From NCBI RefSeq assembly GCF_009914755.1, contig NC_060926.1: a DNA stretch of 64,000 bases; one strand, given 5' to 3'. The notes below the pieces were generated by a model, which was not told where the DNA came from, made no database searches, and saw only the letters and a list, made by a program, of their open reading frames with translations. The DNA comes from the human T2T-CHM13v2.0 reference genome, Homo sapiens. A program made the position numbers and the translations under genes. This document shows, one piece after another, positions 57,034-64,000 of the stretch (positions are counted from its first letter, which is position 1; each line of letters begins with the position of its first letter).

Positions 57034-58029
57034 TTTGATGTCCCTCGACTGAAGTCAAGGCACATGAGGGGTTTATGATCTAAACCCAAAATATTGTGTC
57101 AGCACGGAGGCCCTGACTGGGCCCTGCTGAGAGCTGGAGCTATCATTGAACCCCTGTCTCCAAGATGGTCCCAGTCTTCTGTAAGGGTGCAACTGATATT
57201 GGGTCAGCCCAATTGTTGAAAGTAAATAAAATAATGTAATGAAATAAATAGTAACACAGCTTTGGCATGATATTTGCACAGTGTTTTTGTGGCAGTAGGT
57301 GAGTGACATGCTGACTTTCCTACGGCTAAAAGCAGTGTAGCCTGGCCCTAAATCGCTTGACCTAGATATGAAGCTGGTGAAGACAGCAGCAAGAGGATTT
57401 TTAGAAACATGAAGGTGAGGGATGGTTGTTGTTTCTTTGTCCCTCTGCCTATCTCTTGAAGGTTAGTGCCATTTGTCTCTCAGCTTCTCCTACACACACA
57501 CACACACACACAACACACACCCCATTACACTAACAGAAAGGCAAAGATGGCAACTTGCCTGGCAACCTTTGAAAGGTTTCCGGTGCCTGCTTTAAAACCT
57601 GAAAGCCCCGTGCAAGCAAAGCAGAAGTGCAGCAGTTTTAATGTGCTGTGGCCAGAGATGCTAAACTCACATCACCAAGATGTGGAGATGCGGAGAAAAG
57701 GGAAGGTCTGGAGGCTGCGTCCCTTGCAGAAGGACAGGACCCAGCTGTCAAGGCAATTAGGCTAAAGGACTGCACCTCCTCACTTCTGCCGGAGAGAAAG
57801 GACCAAGCTGTCCACCGGATGCTGGCATCAGGCTCTGGTTCCCAGCAAATGTCACAGCAAGAAAATGGGGGTATTTTGATTTTGGACTTTGGCAACCCCC
57901 CTCCTGAGAGCATAGTGCCTTAACATCTACTTCTGCGTCAGCCCTCTGCTTAGGGGTCCTGCTTCTGGTTCTCTCTTTGCTTCTGCTCCATTCGGCACAC
58001 CCCTACACCCATCTGCCCACCCCCTCAGA

Positions 58030-58310
58030 TGTATGCATGCACACACTCACACGTACACATGCACTAAGTCAGACAGTCACCATGGGAAAACCCATAGACA
58101 TGTACATGCACATACTTACACACACATGGTCACACACCGGCAGACACACTCAGATGCATGCACATACTTACACATAGTCACACACCTGCAGACACATGCA
58201 TACACATACACGTATACACACTCATATAAACATAAACACACACCCTCAAACACAAAGACACTCGTGCTCACATAGGCACACATGTACTCAAATGGATACA
58301 CTTGCACACA
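58030..58310. repeat. Degenerate CA-rich low-complexity tract
   Basis: About 280 bp of interrupted CA/CACAT units. Confidence 0.8.
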
Positions 58311-59005
58311 ACTTCTTGGCAGAAATTCCAGCTCACAATGTCCTGCCAGCCATACGGGTGGATTTTCTTTCCAATTCTTCTTTGACCCTCCCTCTGTTTT
58401 CCTTTGAAGTCAGGTAATTATAGTTCTTAAGAAGTAAAAATTGCCAAACAGCCATAGCAACAGAGGCCTGGCAAGGAAGGACAGCTCCAGCTCTCAGCAG
58501 GGCCCAGCCGGGGCCTCCGTGCTGACACAATATTTTGGGTTTAGATCATAAACCCCTCATGTGCCTTCGTTTTCTTTCCTTACACTCCTTTTCCCTCAAA
58601 AGCACCTTTTCTTTACCTGCCAGATTCTTTGATTGTCTTTGTGGTGCTGAAAGCCGAGTGAGTCCCACTTCCCGTGGCTGCACAGACGCCGTGGGCTCAG
58701 AAGCCCTGCAGGCTGGTAGCCAGACTCCCTTCCCCAGGCACGAACTCAGCACATCTCCTGCACAGCCGCCTTCTGTCGGGGGTGACATCTCTGCCCCCTA
58801 GGTTTCCCACAGCGTCTGGATGCAGTCCACAGCTCCGGTGGCACCAGTTTGGGTCCTGGCTTTTAACCTCCCTCTTGCTGGAAGGGGTCAGAGGGGACAG
58901 AAGTTATCCTCAGTGCTCTAGCTGAATCCTACTTCACTTGGAAAGAGAAATTTAAACAATTGCGGGTGGTTTTATACAAAATGTTTCTTTATAAACACAA
59001 GAATG

Positions 59006-59305
59006 GGCTGGGTGCCACGGCTCACGCCTGTAATCCCAGCACTTTGGGAGGCTGAGGCAAACAGATCACTTGAGGTCAGGAGTTCAAGACCAGCTTGGAC
59101 CACGTGGCAAAACCCCACCTCCACTAAAAATACAAACATTAGCCAGGCGTGGTGGTGGGTGCCTGTAAGCCCAGCTACTTGGGAGGCTGAGGCAGGAGAA
59201 CTGCCTGAACCTGGGACTCAGGGTTTGCAATGAGCTGAGACTGTACCACCGCATTCCAGTCTGGGTGACACAGCAAGACTCCATCTCAAAAAACAAAACA
59301 ACAAA
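59006..59305 (+). mobile_element. Alu (older S/J type)
   Basis: Full diverged Alu; TSD about CAAGA(A/G)TG. Confidence 0.9.
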
Positions 59306-60128
59306 CCACAGGCAAGAGTGAAGTCAGGGAAGCACCCATGTCCTTAGGCAAGTCTAGCACAGGTTTGCAAGAGTAGTAAATTGGGTGTCCCTATGAAGCC
59401 AATCCTTGCAGGGACCAAGCGCCCCAGAGGCTGGTTTCTCTAATGCCTGTGATTTGGGGGGCCTGGTACATTATTGTGCATTTTGCAGAGGCAGCTATCA
59501 CGTGATGAGGAGGTGGCACTAGGGAGAGGTGCACACACCAGGGACCAAGTCTTTCCTTCCAGGGACTCATCCAGGCTGTGCATGACTGACCTGCCTCCCA
59601 CTGTCATATGGCTTTGGTACAAAGCCACTCACAAACAAACCTCCCTTGCCTCCCTGGCACCTCTTCCCTCTCATTTCAGAGCCCCTGAATCCCTACTCAG
59701 TAAGACAGCTGGTCTAGTTTAACGCTCACTATTTCAAATCTTATTCCATCCAAGCACCCCAGGACTGAGCGGGGCCAGTGTGTGCTGGGATCTGGCCCCC
59801 ACCCCCCCTGGCTCCTTCATGCAGGCACCAGGCTGGCTGGTGGAGGTGAATGCACCCAGAGCCTCCAAGCCCTCTTCCAGCAGATCCTATCACTAGGCAC
59901 CACTGCTCTGTCCTCACCCTCATCATGGGCACGGCTGCTTGTAACCTGGGAATAAACCACCTAAACATCTCCTTATTAAAAATCCTAAAATTCCCTAGCT
60001 TGAAACTCACGACTCCCAATTAACCTAGTCTAGTAATGGGTGCCTCCCAGATGTCTATTTTAAGAGTGATCTCTGGGGCCCGAACCAGACAGGCAGGTGA
60101 GGTGCCCAGAACACAGAATCTAAAGATA

Positions 60129-60286
60129 TTGTATCAACGTCAGTATCCTGACCATGCTATTGTACTGTAGCGTTGCTAGAGTTTCATTGGGGGAACTGAG
60201 TAACAGGTGCATAGGGTCTCACTGTATTTCTTAGAACTTTTTATGAATCTACAATGACCTCAAAAAAGTTTAATAAAAATTAAAAA
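60129..60286 (+). mobile_element. L1MC/MD 3' end fragment
   Basis: 'ttgtatcaacgtcagtatcctg...cattgggggaactgagtaacaggtgcatagg'. Confidence 0.7.
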
Positions 60287-60645
60287 GCAGCCATAGGCAC
60301 AAAGTGTTGCTTTGCATATTGTGGTAAGCCTGCATTGCATTTATCTTTCTGTTTTGGATTTTCTTTATCTCATCTCCTTAGATGAGTGATCTTGCGTTTT
60401 CCCAAGTTGTGACCTGGGGTTCCCTGAGGAGGTTGATTCTAGTAATTGCCCACTGGTTATGCCTGCTCCAAACACAGGTAACAGGCACCCTAATGTGGTT
60501 TTCTGTTCAAAGTCTCCCTAGCTCCCCTCTATCAGGTATGGAGTCTGAAAAGCTTTTCTGGGTCATTTGTTCCTTCAGCAAACATGGACTGAGCACTGAT
60601 GTGTGGTCACTCATGGTGTTAAACCTTCAGGGCTGGATGGCTGGC

Positions 60646-60941
60646 TTTTTTTTTTTTTTTTTGACAGAGTCTTGCTCTGTCGCCCAGGCTGGAGTGCAGT
60701 GGCGCAATCTTGGCTCACTGCAAGCTCCGCCTCCCAGGTTAACACCATTCTCCTGCCTCAGCCTCCTGAGTAGCTGGGACTACAGGGGCCAGCCACCACG
60801 CCCGGCTAATTTTTTGTATTTTTAGTAGAGATGGGGTTTCACTGTGTTAGCCAGGACGTTCTTGATCTCCTGACCTCATGATCCGCCTGCCTCGGCCTCC
60901 CAAAGTGCTGAGATTACAGGTGTGAGCCACCGTGCCGGGCC
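60646..60941 (-). mobile_element. AluY
   Basis: Y diagnostics; TSD A(T/C)GGCTGGCTTTTT. Confidence 0.93.
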
Positions 60942-61272
60942 AACGGCTGGCTTTTTAATACTTACCTTATAGCCATTTTTAAACTGAGAAGCTTAAACTG
61001 AACATATAATCAAATTTTGTGTTAAAGAAGTGAGATTTTAGCAGCATTTTTGAGTTTTGAAGTCCAAAACCATCTCAAGGCATAGGAGCCCTAGCCTCAA
61101 CTGAAGTTGAATTTTTGTAGGGATTGTTAATTGCCATTTGTACCTAATCCTGTATGTGTGTGTGTGTGTATGTGTATATATATATATATGAAATATGATC
61201 TGTCACTATGTGACACAAGTTGCATATTTGGGACTGCAGTAAGGGCTTGGTGGGCTGGGGGAATAGTGTGGA

Positions 61273-61474
<202 letters not shown>

Positions 61475-62758
61475 ATAGTATGGATATTTAATGACTACTT
61501 GTTTTTTAATTAATGAACACTTAGCCTTTCTATGTGCATAATGGTGTAAAGGTTAGATGGGTAGGCGTTTGACAAACAGATGCTTGCCATTCAGTTACAG
61601 ACTGGGGAAATAGCTCAGTATTTGGGATTGAAACTGTAAAGACTGGATAGGTTTTAGTCATCACTCTCTTTTGTCTGGTGGGGATTTAATAAATACTTTC
61701 AAGCTTCTGGTTTGGGAATTTAGAGAGTTTTGATTTTGGATTTGTAAATAGTTGATTGCTAAATTTGGTCAGATTTCTCCCGACTGGCTGTTCCTCAATT
61801 CTTAGGATATGTCCCAGTAAAATTGCACTTTGTGAATTAATTGTTATATGCGTAATTGTTGCATTTTGGATATACCTAATTTGATAATTTTTTTAAAATT
61901 CCATTTAAGGTATCTATTTGCAGGTCAGAAAGTAAGAAAATGTAATTGTGTAATCCTCTGAAATGTAAAAAAAAAAAAAAAACAAAACAAACAAAAAACC
62001 TTCGGGGCTGGAATACAAAGGCATGAATCATGAACCCTCTGCTCAAGGAGTCAGGGCAGATGGGAGCTAAACAGGCATTCAGAAGGCTTATTATCTTGTT
62101 AACACTCGGTGACAACTCCTACCATAGAGGTAAGCACATGGTGGCCTGCCTGGAAGGCGACCCAGGCTGATTCTTTAAGGAAAGGGTAAACAGTATTTGC
62201 CCTGCCTCTGCTGAATCAGCTTCACATTCCTGCTCCCCAGCAGGCATGTTCGACACAATGGCGAGTCCCTCCCTTCCCCAGTGCCACACATGGGATGAAC
62301 CAGTGTCACTTAGCATTAAATATTGCATAACTGATGTGCTCTGTTTTGGGATTAGACATATTCTGTGCCAGAAATAATACAACTGAGAATAATTGCTAAA
62401 AGGGACCAAGATAAGAACCTACACTTAGGAAAGAACTAGAGAGAGCTAGGAAATACTAGGAATGTCACAAAACACAAAAGGGTTTTGATTTTGATTATCT
62501 TGTCCCATTACTCAGAGGGGCAATCCTTGCAGTGTTTCCATATCCCTCTACACAGTTTCCAACCTGTGCCCACCAAATTAAAGCAACAACAAAAACCCTC
62601 CAAATTTCTTAAATCCATGCTGCATTCTTGTGTCTGACTACAATACTGGTAGAGATGGGAAGGGTTTCTTGGTGCATTTAAGGAAAACTTTGTTTCAGAC
62701 ACCCCATATACCACCAAAGCCATCACTGCTAGGCTGGTGATGGTTTAGATCTCTAGAT

Positions 62759-62929
62759 CAGTGGTTCTCAAACTTGAACATTCCTTAGTATCCCCTGGAG
62801 GGCTTGTGAAAACATAGACTGTTGGGCACACTATCCCCAGAATTTCTGATTTGGTAGCTGTGGGGTGGAGGCCAGGTAAACAGGTGATGCTGATGTGGAT
62901 GCCCTGGGGACACTCTTTGAGAACCACTG
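62759..62929. mobile_element. MER5A (hAT-Charlie MITE)
   Basis: Terminal inverted repeats CAGTGGTTCTCAAA / TTTGAGAACCACTG. Confidence 0.88.
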
Positions 62930-63842
62930 CCATAGGCAATTTCTAAGGGCATGGGTGATCCGCCTTTTACAATCTCTCTGATGCCTCATGCAGTCAGGAC
63001 AGACATGTGGATGTGAAAAGGATAGGGGCCAGCAGGATTCCTAAATGCACTCATTAACACATGGTGCATTCCTTACTATGATGTTCCTGCCTCAGTCAGT
63101 CGCTGTTAGGAATTTTACTAACCACGAGAAGAGCCAGAGGACAGGAAAAAGAATCTAAGCTGGTCATCAGGTGACCAAGGTTTTGGTCAGGACTCGTCTA
63201 CTTGCTTGGTGGTTGATTTCAGGGAAGTAACCTACATTATCTGTTACTGTTTGGTCTTCTCAGTGGAAAGTTCTCTCATCACATTAGGCTCTTAATATGA
63301 CAAAAAGAAACTTAGGAAAGCAGTTTTTAAAAAGCAAAGTTTATTCTTGTTTTGTTTCTGTTTGGCTGCTTATCATACAGCAGAACAGACTACTGAAAAC
63401 TGGACATTCAAAGCCTGAATTTCAAGACCTCACACTTGACACTTCCATGAAAGCAGGCAAAAGACTCAGGTGCAGGCAAGGAAAGGGGCTTCCACTGGTA
63501 GACAAGACCTTCATGCTTAGCCTTTGGTAACAAATGTCCAACAAGGAATGGCAGGTGATTTGGATGGTGGTAGGAGCGTAACAAAGAGGAATCTCAGAGC
63601 AGGGCATGTGTAAAGTTCCAGGCAGGGAGCAGCAGTGCTATTTCTCAGGACTCAGCAAGTCCTAGCTTGCAGGAGTGGTTTCAGGACAGGAGTCTCATCC
63701 CCGGATATTATGAGCCCCTCCTACCCATTTCAAATCACCTCCTAGGCTGGGTGCCAGATATTAACTAGACGGCTTCCACGAAGCAAGCTTGGATCAATGC
63801 TGGGTTTGCACCAAAGAAGGAATCCTTTAATCCCTCCCCTTC

Positions 63843-63965
63843 TTTTTTAGAGACAGGGTCTCACTACATTGCCCAGGCTGGTCTTGAACTCCTGGCCTTA
63901 AGTGATCCTCCCACCTCAGCCTTCTGAGTAGCTGGCATTACAGGTGTGAGTCGTTGCACCCAGCT
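63843..63965 (-). mobile_element. FLAM/free left Alu monomer
   Basis: Single antisense left monomer with short T tail. Confidence 0.8.
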
Positions 63966-64000
63966 GAATCCCCTCTGACTGAGAAAAGAACTGGCGCCAA

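Noticed and set aside
58033-58417. His/Thr-rich ORFs
   Set aside because: These are translations of the CA-rich low-complexity tract.

Overview
This is primate (human-like) nuclear genomic DNA, intergenic or intronic in character and very rich in interspersed repeats. It holds about 30 Alu elements or fragments (J, S and Y types), about 16 LTRs (MER51, MLT1, MSTA/B, LTR12, THE1, MER39, MER21, MER4A, MER67, MER34, LTR8), L1/L2/MIR relics, two DNA-transposon MITEs and many microsatellites. I find no credible protein-coding gene, tRNA, rRNA, snRNA or CRISPR array, and nearly all listed ORFs come from Alu, LTR or microsatellite sequence. Four observations stand out. (1) An intact ERV9 LTR12 promoter is nested inside MSTA inside MLT1 and followed by a point-mutation-improved splice donor. 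Downstream plus-strand candidate exons, one containing a 450-bp CCTCAG/CCTCA array that is stop-free in all three sense frames, suggest a possible LTR-driven spliced transcript. (2) A TSD-flanked, poly(A)-tailed retrocopy of non-repetitive, 3'UTR-like sequence lies at 60638-61995. (3) There are fossil repair scars: a templated palindrome/duplication at a truncated THE1 and probable Alu-associated deletions. (4) A motif-dense candidate enhancer lies near 49.6 kb. Repeat subfamily names come from recalled consensus sequences and were not run through RepeatMasker. Transcript models are inference only.
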